A DNA stretch of 63,474 nucleotides, counting the filler, from Octopus bimaculoides (taxonomy: Eukaryota): NCBI RefSeq assembly GCF_001194135.2. It is 5 parts of 5 records of this genome, joined end to end, with 100 filler letters (N's around TTAATTAATTAA, not from the genome) between each part and the next. Parts side by side here need not be neighbours in the genome. Positions count along the whole stretch, not along the records: positions 16,024 to 26,450 come from NC_068991.1; positions 26,551 to 38,993 come from NC_068985.1; 3 more parts are not named here. One strand, written 5' to 3'. Made by a program: the position numbers and the translations under genes. Every line of letters begins with the position of its first letter. Positions within the stretch are counted from its first letter, which is position 1. The notes below the pieces were generated by a model, which ran no database searches, was not told where the DNA came from, and saw only the letters and a list, made by a program, of their open reading frames with translations. Positions 24,395 through 36,780 of the stretch are shown one piece after another.

Positions 24395-24564
24395 AAAGAT
24401 TACGTCCCTTGAGCATTTAATTTCTTTTTCTTCTTTTTGTTGTTGTTGCTCCTTTGTCAATGTCTTAAAATCTTGATTACGTTTTTTCATCTCTTTCTTT
24501 GTAGTATCATGGAATTCACGTTCGTCCCGGATATCAGAATTTTTATAATCCGAAAAGGAAACGT
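24395..24564 (-). CDS. Candidate internal coding exon (charged, coiled-coil-like), product unknown
   Basis: Acceptor tacttctccccttcag| and donor ttt|gtgagt. The 170-nt interval is open: VSFSDYKNSDIRDEREFHDTTKKEMKKRNQDFKTLTKEQQQQKEEKEIKCSRDVIF. Confidence 0.45.
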
Positions 24565-24589
24565 CTGAAGGGGAGAAGTATAACGGTCA

Positions 24590-24637
<48 letters not shown>

Positions 24638-24849
24638 GCTATATTGCAATCTTGTTTCTTTATATTAAAAAAAAATCTCTCAAATATAATAATAATAATA
24701 TTAATAGTAAGAATAATAATAATCATCAAAAAGCTATGGTCAATGAAGTACGTATACATTACATTGTGCTAATATACTCCTTGTTCACTGTCACTTTTTC
24801 AAGTGGCGGATAGAAAAACTGGTCATTTTTCAGATTAACACCCGCACAA

Positions 24850-25379
24850 TCTTCACAAGGGTGTTANNNNNNNNNNNNNNNNNNNNNNNNNNNNNNNNNN
24901 NNNNNNNNNNNNNNNNNNNNNNNNNNNNNNNNNNNNNNNNNNNNNNNNNNNNNNNNNNNNNNNNNNNNNNNNNNNNNNNNNNNNNNNNNNNNNNNNNNNN
25001 NNNNNNNNNNNNNNNNNNNNNNNNNNNNNNNNNNNNNNNNNNNNNNNNNNNNNNNNNNNNNNNNNNNNNNNNNNNNNNNNNNNNNNNNNNNNNNNNNNNN
25101 NNNNNNNNNNNNNNNNNNNNNNNNNNNNNNNNNNNNNNNNNNNNNNNNNNNNNNNNNNNNNNNNNNNNNNNNNNNNNNNNNNNNNNNNNNNNNNNNNNNN
25201 NNNNNNNNNNNNNNNNCACAAGGGTGTTAGGGTTGGGGTTAGGGGTTACGGTTAGGGACGGGATTCCCTAACCCAAACCCTAAAACCATAACCGTAACCG
25301 TAGCCCTAACCCTAACCCAAACTCTAAAACTAACCCTAACCCTAACTCTACAACCCTAACCCTAACACCCTAGTGAAGA
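24850..25379. repeat. Telomere-like foldback (TTAGGG-like then CCCTAA-like) with inverted termini
   Basis: Termini tcttcacaagggtgtta / taacaccctagtgaaga; central hairpin ggttaggga-cgggat-tccctaacc (25250-25273); N gap at 24867-25216. Confidence 0.75.
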
Positions 25380-26144
25380 AAAATTACTGAAAAAATATAT
25401 TGATGAAAACTTGGTCAAAGGTGGGGTTGGTGTCTCCTCTGTTCATTCGATGTCGTCCACCACACAACATCTTTTGCCATAGCCATCTGACAAAAGAAAA
25501 ACTGTTTGCCATCCTGTTCGAAGGAAGGCAGACATAACTCCACAAGTCAGTAATGCTCCAATGCAAATTGAATATACACACGCTCTGCATGCATCTTAAA
25601 GACACTTCCATTTCTGTAGAGTTTATAATATTTTCATATCAGATTAAGTAAAATATTATTATTTAAATATTGCTTTTTTTTTTTGTGGTTCATGTATATC
25701 CCTTTACTAATAAATAATTACTACTCATTACTAATTATCAAACCTTTTCTTACTTCCTCAGTGTGTGGATACAGTGGAGAAAGCTTTTTCTTATGTTGAC
25801 AGCAGTAAGCCATTAATATTTGTCCATTCTGGTGTATACGAAGGGGAATATTTAGCAGTCGATAGTAACATATCTGTGATTGGTGCAGGTACGTATCGAA
25901 TCTCTGTTTAATGTCATCTAACTTTAAAAACTTTGTTGTTGTGTCTTTGGATATTTTACTGGCCTCAGTCACTGGATTGTTGGTGATGCTGAGGTACCAC
26001 CTTCTGTTAGTTCTGGTCGGTTATATTACCATTTATTATCATCCACTCTGTTATATGTGTGTGTGTGTGTGTGCGTGTGTATATATGTTTGTATGTGTGT
26101 GTATGTATATGTTTGTGTGTATATATATGTGTGTGTGTGTGTCT

Positions 26145-26450
26145 GTCTGCCCAGCATCGCCTTCCTGGCACTTGTGCCCGTGGCATGTGTAAGGACTTTC
26201 TAGCGAGATCGTTGCCAGTGCCTCTGGACTGGCTCTTGTGCGGGTAGCACATAAAATACACCATTTCGAGCGTGGCCGTTGCCAGTACCGCCTGACTGGC
26301 CTTCGTGCAGGCGACACGTAAAAGCACCCACTACACTCTCTGAGTGGTTGGCGTTAGGAAGGTCATCCAGCTGTAGAAACTCTGCCAAATCAGATTGGAG
26401 CCTGGTGCGGCCATCCGGTTTCACCAGTCCTCAGTCAAATCGTCCAACCC
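26145..26450 (+). mobile_element. RTE-type 3' region with ~60-bp internal tandem units
   Basis: Three related units (gttgccagt...ctggc...gtgc...gcac.taaaa) followed by the same tail as 19660-19848; cut by the linker gap. Confidence 0.7.
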
Positions 26451-26550
26451 NNNNNNNNNNNNNNNNNNNNNNNNNNNNNNNNNNNNNNNNNNNNTTAATT
26501 AATTAANNNNNNNNNNNNNNNNNNNNNNNNNNNNNNNNNNNNNNNNNNNN

Positions 26551-26596
<46 letters not shown>

Positions 26597-27784
26597 TTTC
26601 TCCCATATATCTATTTATCTGTATGTTTCTCAAGAGACCGAGAGAAGAGCGGTGGATTAGAATCACCCTGTCAAGTCTTCACTGTAACTGACAGCAGACG
26701 ACAGAATCAGAAACGAGGTTAAGCCTCGTTTCCGAATCAACAAGGTGTACACCGCCATATGCAATCCTGTAAGCTATCCGACATCTTGTAATGTAATATA
26801 ATATAAAGTAATGTGGTTTGTTGTAACCTAATTGATATCGTGATGCTATGACAAGAACGAAATTCCATCCCTTCCGTTCGACAGCACATTCAGCCCTACT
26901 CCCATAATCTGTGTGTATGTGTGTGTGTTGTGTGTGTTGTATATGTGTGTGTGTGTGTTGTGTATGTATATGTTTGCGTGTTATTATTTTACATATGTGT
27001 GTGAATTTATAGATACATGAATGTGGATTAATATTCTAGCTTAAAGCTTCGTCTTCATCTAATCGGTACAACATGTCAAAGTGCTGCGAATATATATAAA
27101 GAGCAAATGAGAAGGTATGTATAAGTTCAGGCATATATAATGAATTATGTGAGCTTTATTTCTACATATGCATATAATGGATATATATATATGTATATAT
27201 ANNNNNNNNNNNNNNNNNNNNNNNNNNNNNNNNNNNNNNNNNNNNNNNNNNNNNNNNNNNNNNNNNNNNNNNNNNNNNNNNNNNNNNNNNNNNNNNNNNN
27301 NNNNNNNNNNNNNNNNNNNNNNNNNNNNNNNNNNNNNNNNNNNNNNNNNNNNNNNNNNNNNNNNNNNNNNNNNNNNNNNNNNNNNNNNNNNNNNNNNNNN
27401 NNNNNNNNNNNNNNNNNNNNNNNNNNNNNNNNNNNNNNNNNNNNNNNNNNNNNNNNNNNNNNNNNNNNNNNNNNNNNNNNNNNNNNNNNNNNNNNNNNNN
27501 NNNNNNNNNNNNNNNNNNNNNNNNNNNNNNNNNNNNNNNNNNNNNNNNNNNNNNNNNNNNNNNNNNNNNNNNNNNNNNNNNNNNNNNNNNNNNNNNNNNN
27601 NNNNNNNNNNNNNNNNNNNNNNNNNNNNNNNNNNNNNNNNNNNNNNNNNNNNNNNNNNNNNNNNNNNNNNNNNNNNNNNNNNNNNNNNNNNNNNNNNNNN
27701 NNNNNNNNNNNNNNNNNNNNNNNNNNNNNNNNNNNNNNNNNNNNNNNNNNNNNNNNNNNNNNNNNNNNNNNNNNNNNNNNNNNN

Positions 27785-27815
<31 letters not shown>

Positions 27816-27819
27816 GTAT

Positions 27820-28310
27820 TCCTCGACCAGGGCGTTCAAGCTCCTCTGTGTTAGACCAGTCATGCCCAGTCTCGCCCAGAGTCATTCGGGCTGGTCCAGA
27901 CGCATCCAAATTCATATAGACTCGTTCAGGTAGGGTCAGGCAGCTTCAGCTTCAGCTACGGGTGACCACTGTCCTCTGTCTTCTTCCCCGCTCGTCCAGG
28001 CACTTATATGAATGACCTGAGCCCTCCAGCTTTGTCCAGGCACGTTACGTGTCGTCCCAACTTCATTAAGCGTGTTGGAACGACTAGGTTAAACCTTATT
28101 TTTTGAGAGTCCTCTGTGATTGTTTTGGCTCAACCAGGCGCGTCAAAGCTCAACAAGCCTTGTCCGAACCCATACAGGCCTCTCCAAATTTTTCAGGGCT
28201 CCGATACTCACGTCCAAGTCTGTCTAATCCCTTTTAGCCCTCTAGACTTCTTTCCGTTACATTCAGCCTCATCTGGGTTCGTCCAGACTCGTCCGGATTC
28301 GTTCACTAGA
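27820..28310. repeat. Highly decayed 10-bp-period tandem repeat (consensus about CTCGTCCAGA)
   Basis: In-register units ctcgcccaga, ctggtccaga, cgcatccaaa, ctcgttcagg, ctcgtccagg, tttgtccagg, and ttcgtccaga-ctcgtccgga. Confidence 0.6.
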
Positions 28311-28369
28311 GAGTAGACACTGTGTTCAAGAGATATAACCGGATGTATCGACAACAGTACATTTTTCTA

Positions 28370-28612
28370 AACCTGGTACTTATTTTATCGATCTCTCTTT
28401 GCCGAATATTTAATTTGCAGGGATGCGGGTATGCAAACAAAAAAAAAACACCGTTTCCCTAGCAGTAGTGGGTGACAATCACAAAGAGACATATGCAGGC
28501 ATATACATATTTCTATCGTAGCTATAGAAACAGACACTTGTCCAAGGTACTACGCAATGGGACTCAACCTGGAACCATGTGGTTGGGAATCACATTTCTT
28601 ACCACATTGCCA
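28370..28612 (-). mobile_element. SINE-A, decayed
   Basis: gacacttgtccaagg...gggactcaacctggaaccatgtggttgggaatcacatttcttaccac is the reverse complement of the SINE-A head. Confidence 0.75.
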
Positions 28613-28956
28613 AACTCAACTATATAACATGTCTCTACCTAATTACCCATGTGCGTGTGTGCGCTTGTGTGTTAACATTTCTTGTTCGTCTCAGAATAAA
28701 GGAAAGACCTTAATCACAGTATCCCGCTGATACAAGATCAATTTATCTAGACGATCAAGTAATAGATTTTGGCAAACTTGACAAACTGGATTGAGTTGCA
28801 CGTGACTAGACACGGCGAATGTTCAAGACACTGCTGGATGCCTAAGGGTGGTGCTGTGTGCTGTAGTGTGGTGTGGTAGGAATCGGTGTGTATTGATTAG
28901 AATAGAATTCATGTAAAGGTAAAACAATGTGTGAAGGTTCATTGAAAGGTATACAT

Positions 28957-29842
28957 ACACGTCTGATCAATAAGTATCCGCACTTATGCCAAAGTAACGA
29001 AGATAACGAGGCTAATACACAAAGAATGTGAAGATGCTTGGCATAGATCGACCTTGAATGTTGCTGTGCATGCGCACTAGCTTTTAAAGTTCTAGCTCAT
29101 TGTCGCTGTTCTACAGTAGTGTTTGGAAGAATGGTGTGTAGCGTGTGATCGTCGCATTGACCATGACAGTGAAAGTTGTCATGGTGATACCTGCTCAGAG
29201 GCCTGCGAAAAATTGCAGAAAGTGTATGGAGAGGAGTCCATGAGCCGCACACAAGTGTACGAGTGGTGCAGATGTTTCCAAGATGGCCGAAAAAATGTCG
29301 ATATTGACGAAAGTTTTGGGAGACCTGCAACAGGTAGAACTGACAAAAACATCGCAGATGTGCGTGCAGCTGAGAGGGGTTCACGGTCGAATTATCATCC
29401 GTGAGTTATCAGAGCATGTGCAGATTCGTTACAGTTCAGTTCACTCCATTATGATATTAGCGTGTCTGGTAAGTTTGTGTCAAAACCGCTTTCAGTTGAC
29501 CAAAAGGACACTCGAGTTTCAGTTGCACACGGTCTCTTTGATCGTGTTAAGAACGATAGAAACGTTTTTGGAAACTTTGCGTAGGCCTCTGAGCAAGTAT
29601 CGTCGAGTTTTTGGCAAAATTTGATGAAGATTCTCTGCTCAATTTTTTGTCATAGTCAATGAGACAATCACGCGCTACACACCTTTCTTCTAAACACTGT
29701 TGTAAATAGCGGAAGTGAGCTAGAACGTTAAAACTTAGTGCACGTGCACAACAGAGTTTGCGGTCAATCTGTGCCAAGTGGCATTACTGTGCGTGATTTG
29801 TTACTACGGCAACAGTCCGGATACTTATTGATCAGACCACGT
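28957..29842 (+). mobile_element. Mariner transposon relic, internally deleted (family 1)
   Basis: TIRs gtctgatcaataagtatccg / cggatacttattgatcagac. The N-terminal HTH relic reads SEACEKLQKVYGEESMSRTQVYEWCRCFQDGRKNVDIDESFGRP, then IIRELSE after a frameshift. Confidence 0.9.
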
Positions 29843-29865
29843 GTTAAATAAACATGTTTGACATA

Positions 29866-30531
29866 CGTAAAAGTACCTACAATTATCCGGAATTTTGCAA
29901 CGTTATTTTATTCACTTGATTTTACATGTTTACACTTACATCGCCTTCAAAGTAAATACCATTTGAAGCAATGCTTCTGAACTTTCAAGAGCAATTTTGC
30001 TGCAATTCCCCGCTCAAAATTCGTTGGCAGGAGCTCCAGGACACACTAATCTTTTCTGTGATTTCGTCAATTGTTCAGTGAAATTCCTCCAAGATTCATG
30101 AATTTTCATGATGTCTTCCTTTGTTCGTGAGGTCGTCTGTTGCTCTGAACAAGTTTGGTCTTCAAGAGACAAGTGACCTCTCATAAAGCGTGAAAATACT
30201 CGTAAACTTGTGTTTTGCTCTTGGCTGGACACTTGTAAGCTGTTTAAAGCACAACAACTGTTTTGGTCGCCGTTTTCCCCAGCAGAAAACAGAATTTCAT
30301 GGAAACACGTCGGTCCTTCCTTTTTGACATCGCAAATCAGCGAACAGGAGAGAAGCACTACAAAACAGACGCACCACGTGACAGTACGACAACACAGCCC
30401 GACACCGGTTAGCAGACTGATGCCTGAGGGTTGCATGAAGTGGCTTTCTAGTGGCGGAAGTCTGAACTACAACGGACTTGTCCAACAGATACAACAACGG
30501 GCTTGTCTTGATACTTTTGTGTACTCCCTCG
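29866..30531 (-). mobile_element. Mariner relic, internally deleted (family 2)
   Basis: TA-flanked TIRs (TA|cgtaaaagtacctacaattatccggaat and gatacttttgtgtactccctcg|TA). Minus-strand relic FSRFMRGHLSLEDQ...TSRTKEDIMKIHE; homologous to 51145-51860. Confidence 0.8.
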
Positions 30532-30627
30532 TAAACACTTCCCGTCTCTTCGTACACAAAGAGAAACATGGATACACACATAAGCAGAGACAGAAAAATG
30601 GGGAGAGAACAACAGAAACATTATTTT

Positions 30628-30790
30628 CTATTACAAGTACAAGGCCTAACATTTGTAAGGCAGGGGCTGGCCATATACATCGGCCCCACTGCTCAGAAAG
30701 TACGACTCCAAAAGGATTGGAAGACAAAGGTGATTCGGTGGAATTTGAACTCAGAATGACGGACGACAAACCGATAAGCATTTTGTGTTA
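30628..30790 (-). mobile_element. SINE-B, decayed
   Basis: gtacaaggcc...ggtggaatttgaactcagaatgacggacg is the reverse complement of SINE-B. Confidence 0.7.
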
Positions 30791-31010
30791 CCCGAGAGTC
30801 GCGCCCCTCGGTTTCTGGTTTCCCGTGGGTTTCCGTGTTTTAATTTTAAATGCAGACGAACACAATTCCACCATGTGATCGGCTTGAATAACTGTTAAGA
30901 TATCAAGATATTTTCTTAACATGAAATAATTGGTAGCCTTAATACAGAAATAAAGAATTTTTATCCACCAATGCTGTGCTGAACACTCATTCTTATTGTT
31001 CGACATTTAC

Positions 31011-31061
<51 letters not shown>

Positions 31062-31084
31062 ACGGCATCTTATTATTATTTCTA

Positions 31085-31217
31085 ACAAATCCACTCACGC
31101 ATCTTTGGTCAGCTCAGATTTAGAGTCAAAGATACCTCCCGCAGGGTGGTGCCCCATAGAATTAAACCTGAAAGCATGTAATTGGGAAGAAATCTTCTTA
31201 CCACTCAGCTATGCCTG
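31085..31217 (-). mobile_element. SINE-A head fragment
   Basis: aaatccactcac...ctttggtcagc...ttcttaccactcagctatgcctg. Confidence 0.7.
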
Positions 31218-31839
31218 TTTTATCTGCAAGAATACTACTTACTGGTTGACGTAGAGCTAGTTCCTATTAAATAAAAAGGACACGACAATGTTATATAAGT
31301 AGGTGGGCTGAAGAAAGGTGATGATCTCGTGGGGTGAGATATTAAAGTGTATTTGATGTTTTGATGAGTTGGTCTCATGTACCACAAGGTTAAATCCTGG
31401 CCAGTTTCGAACCGGAAAAACTAGGAGGAAAATGCACCGGTGATATGTCTTATATTAATGTATGTACACCTCACTTAAATCATGTGGCGTTTCCTTCTAA
31501 AAGATGGAGTGCATTTAGCTGCTGCATCTAGCAAGATAAATTTCAACGTATAACCTCGCCGATTCGATCGTGTGGGTGATGTAAGACTGGTATGGTGTTG
31601 TTTAACAATTCCAGTAAACATTAACCGATTGGTGAGCACGAGATCTTTGAATCTCCCGGAATTTTAATTCAAATAAATCTCAACAACAAAGGTCGGTCGA
31701 AATATTACCGAATTTGTTAATTTCTATGATGTATGGGTTTTTATTTGGCACATCCATTCATTTATTGTTCAAGCAACACAATAATGTGTCTGCCGTACTT
31801 AAGACGATTTGTGTGAAGTGTGAGAAAGAGAGAGAGAGA

Positions 31840-31882
<43 letters not shown>

Positions 31883-32502
31883 AGAGAGACAAAGAAATAG
31901 AAAGAGAAGAAAAGAGGTAGAGGAAAGTGACTCATCAATCGGGGAGCTGCGAAAAATTGTCAGGGGAAACGAAATGGTCACCCTCTGATTTTAAACCGGA
32001 AAATATTTTCTTCACAGCGAGAAGCAAACATGTTTGAATACACAGAAATACTTAATTCATAAGATGTCTAGTGGCTACTCCACTTCAATTGCAATATCTG
32101 TCTATATATGCGTGAGAGAGTCTGAATATACAGGCTCGTTATCGTCAGTACCTGTCAATGTGTGCGTGTGTGTTTGTATGTGTGTGTTGGTGTGTGTCTG
32201 ATTGAGTGTATGTATGTATGTGCGTACGTGTTTCGTATGTGTAAATGTATGCGCGTGGATATGCGTGTAAATGTGCGCATGTCTGTATGCTTAACGTAGG
32301 AGTACATTAACCTTAAAGTATGTCGAATGATGAATACTAATGCGTTAAGGCGGGAGAGTGACTCGTGTGTTGATAGTTCGAAAAATGGGCGGGACCCGAA
32401 TTGTGTGTCGATATGTGAGGTTTTGTGTACGTAAATGCCATTATATATCTGAATCCATTATACTCACGTCTGTATGGTCGTATGTATAACCATATGTTCA
32501 AA

Positions 32503-32589
<87 letters not shown>

Positions 32590-33127
32590 TCACATTGCGC
32601 GCGTAGAAACACACACACATACGTACATGGATATAGACTCACGAAATTATGAACTCAGCGTATAGGCACAACAGAAGACAGTTTGTGACTTATAGCGCGT
32701 GAAAATCTCGATAGATAAAACGAGTGTGTACGTTATAAACGTGAATACACATACACACACATGAACACACACATACTCACACACACACACATACTCACAC
32801 ACACACATACTCACACACACACATACTCACACGCACACACATACTCACACACGCACACACATGCACATGCACGTACATACAAGAATACATGCGTATGTGT
32901 GTTGGTCTGTGCGTGTGTGTGTGGGAAGGAATGCGTGTGTGTGTGTGTGTGCGTGCGTGCGTGCGTGTGTGTGTGTGTGTATATGTGTGTGTGCGTGCGT
33001 GCGTGTGTGTTTGTGTGTGTGTAAATGTAGGTGGCCGAATCGTTCCGAAATTTGACAGAAATCATAAGAGAGATACAAACAGGTATACATGCACGCGTGT
33101 GCCCGCGTTTATGTGTGTGTATATATA

Positions 33128-33164
<37 letters not shown>

Positions 33165-34062
33165 GTGTGTGTGTCTGTGTGTCTGTCTATCTGTCTGTCT
33201 GTCTGTGGATGCGCGCACACGTGCCTGAGAGCCTATTTTCCTTTAAACAGTACATATTGAAGGCACAACTACGTTGCAATATAATACTTTTCTTGATTTT
33301 TGATTAGTTTTTGTTTCTGCGTGCCTAGAAGAGTCTCTTAATTAGTTTGGACCGATAAAATTCCCACATTCATTCTTATCACTATTCCAGGTTCTCTAAC
33401 CCCAGCTTTAGGATATGGAGAGGAGGAGTTGACAACTGCAATATTTCATATATATATATATTATATTTATCTTATGATATTTACTTTGCTTTATATTATA
33501 CTCATTTATTGTGCTTTTAATTGTTAATTTTTCTATATGTGATAGTGGATTTTCATCGATGAGTTCTTGAAACTTGGTTATTTTCCCTAAAACTATATNN
33601 NNNNNNNNNNNNNNNNNNNNNNNNNNNNNNNNNNNNNNNNNNNNNNNNNNNNNNNNNNNNNNNNNNNNNNNNNNNNNNNNNNNNNNNNNNNNNNNNNNNN
33701 NNNNNNNNNNNNNNNNNNNNNNNNNNNNNNNNNNNNNNNNNNNNNNNNNNNNNNNNNNNNNNNNNNNNNNNNNNNNNNNNNNNNNNNNNNNNNNNNNNNN
33801 NNNNNNNNNNNNNNNNNNNNNNNNNNNNNNNNNNNNNNNNNNNNNNNNNNNNNNNNNNNNNNNNNNNNNNNNNNNNNNNNNNNNNNNNNNNNNNNNNNNN
33901 NNNNNNNNNNNNNNNNNNNNNNNNNNNNNNNNNNNNNNNNNNNNNNNNNNNNNNNNNNNNNNNNNNNNNNNNNNNNNNNNNNNNNNNNNNNNNNNNNNNN
34001 NNNNNNNNNNNNNNNNNNNNNNNNNNNNNNNNNNNNNNNNNNNNNNNNNNNNNNNNNNNNNN

Positions 34063-34129
<67 letters not shown>

Positions 34130-35141
34130 CTATGTATGTATTATGTATGTATGTATGTATGTATGTATGTATGTATGTATGTATTATGCATATATGTAAT
34201 GAGAGGCTTATGCTTATACAGATCTATAACTAGCAGATAACCGTTACAAAATCAGATTCATAGTTTCGCTGTGAGATTCAGTTACGTGCTAATGCTTTTT
34301 GTAGCGTATATGTATATTGTTTATGTGTTAATCGTGTCGCGATATGAATATTTCTTCTATAATCAGTCAACTATCTCTTTGAAGAATTCTATAACTTAGG
34401 TATTATCAGTTAATATTTCGCTATTAGCTTTAGTTTATGACGTATAGCAGAGAGTATCGCAATTAAATCTGGTTGTAAATACATGGCGTCTCTGCTAAAG
34501 TAAGTTGTACATATCTGGCCAAATCAATAATTAGAAGTGTGAATGTTGCAACTTAAAATTTTACCGCCGAATTTATAAATTGAATTGGTCATTCGTAGAT
34601 TGTTCGCAGTTTTACATAGGTGTGGTGTATTCATAATAACGAGGTACTTTATTTTCTTGTTTTCGTAATACATTATTGCTGTAAGTTTATAATTTCGGGT
34701 AATGCATTTTGCAATTCATTTTAGATGTGTATTGGAATAATATGTGAATTGTTTGTAGAGTTTGTGTTGTGGGTGTGAACACAAAACTGCATTCGATAGC
34801 AGGACCCTGATTTGACAGTTCCAAAGCTTTAAGGAGTCTAGAACAACTACTTAGCTATTACTATTACCAAATCTACTCAGGTTCGAACTAGTAGCGTCTC
34901 TTAGGATCTCAGTTATTGGTTAATTAGCATATTATGAAAGGAATCCCAAGCACAAGCACTCACTGCCCTCTGAGAGCCTTGGAGAAATAAAAGGCTAGAG
35001 GAGTCAACCTCGATAGCAGGTTAATGAGTGGAGTCCCTCAGCTTGTCCGGTGCCCTCTTTGACACCATTCCAGCAAATCCAAGGTAGATAAACTCTCCAG
35101 TAGTACATCTCCAGCGTTAGAAGCTGTGCAACAACAACAAC

Positions 35142-35227
<86 letters not shown>

Positions 35228-35247
35228 TGATGATGATGATAATAATA

Positions 35248-35294
<47 letters not shown>

Positions 35295-35376
35295 TATAAT
35301 TATAATAACGACGATGATGTTGATGACGACGACGGAGGTGGTGGTGGTGGTTTCGATGACGACAAGGATAATAATC

Positions 35377-35428
<52 letters not shown>

Positions 35429-36442
35429 TAATAATAATAATAGTATGGCCTTTACTAACTAATAAGCAAACAGTGTGCTCTTATCCTACTACCACTACTA
35501 GCCCCAGCCAATCAATTAAGCTGTTTATAGCTCAGGTAAACACAGTCAATCACATTAAATATACAAAATTCTTGCATTCTCATTGACTTGTTACTTTGTA
35601 TAAATAGGTATATGTATGTGTGTGTGTGTGTGTGTCTGTGTGTGTGTGTGTGTGTGAGTGTGAGTGTGCGTATGTATGTGTCTGTGTAAATATGTTTATA
35701 TATGTGAATGCCTGTGTATATGTATGTATTTATGTATACGTGTACTTATATAAAAGCATATATATGCATATACATTGATTCGTATGTGCTTATATTTCTG
35801 AATTAGTTTATATGATTATCTGTGAATTTATTTCAACTGACTAACCAAGCAGTAGAAGCATAAACACATACATACATATATACATACATACATACATACA
35901 TATATGTACACTTTTAAGCATGTACTTACATACATGCACATATGTAGCTATGCATTTATATACGATATACACACATGTATATATAGAGCTGCCCCATATT
36001 TATTAGCAAAAATCCATACATTATAGGAAACACCATTGGAATATATACATGGCAGCAAGAAGAAGGAAATAACAAGCTACAATCGTACATCGAATGTCAG
36101 AAAATCTAGCAAGTATATATATGTATATATATATATATATATNNNNNNNNNNNNNNNNNNNNNNNNNNNNNNNNNNNNNNNNNNNNNNNNNNNNNNNNNN
36201 NNNNNNNNNNNNNNNNNNNNNNNNNNNNNNNNNNNNNNNNNNNNNNNNNNNNNNNNNNNNNNNNNNNNNNNNNNNNNNNNNNNNNNNNNNNNNNNNNNNN
36301 NNNNNNNNNNNNNNNNNNNNNNNNNNNNNNNNNNNGTATATATATATATATGTATGTATGTATGTATATATACACACACATACATATATACACATATATA
36401 TGCATATATATATATGCATATGTACATATATATATATATGTG

Positions 36443-36487
<45 letters not shown>

Positions 36488-36724
36488 ACACACACACGCA
36501 CACACACACACGCGCGTGTAAGAAGGTAGAATGGAAATAGCGTAAGAGGACGGACATGCGTTGCGGACGGACAAAAGTTGAAGTGTGTGACATGGTATCT
36601 TAAATACGAGAATTTGAAGTCTGCTAATTGGAGAGAGAGAGTAAGCTTGAGGAAGCTTATGTTAAAAGCAATTTTTTTTTTCCTCCAATAACCACGTTCA
36701 GCTGCTATGTGAAATTTCTCTTAC

Positions 36725-36780
36725 CTCGTTAACACGTGACACTTGATCATAAACAGTTAACTTATTTACCGGAAGTGCCG
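36725..36780 (-). promoter_or_regulatory. ETS + E-box motifs followed by a strong 5' splice site (possible first exon)
   Basis: CCGGAAGTG at 36769-36777, CACGTGAC at 36733-36740, and minus-strand donor cgag|gtaaga at 36725/36724. Confidence 0.35.

Noticed and set aside
26145-26330. CRISPR-like or regularly spaced repeats (also 9438-9950)
   Set aside because: Eukaryotic context, degenerate tandem units without unique spacers, and no cas genes.
26686-26735. Hammerhead-like ctgacag...GAAAC + 9-bp hairpin gaaacgagg/cctcgtttc
   Set aside because: The hairpin is real, but helix II and helix I do not pair and the core is imperfect.
34250-34790. Possible Penelope GIY-YIG remnant (minus); also 20500-20700 (plus)
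   Set aside because: Only loose similarity with many stops; cannot be supported by eye.
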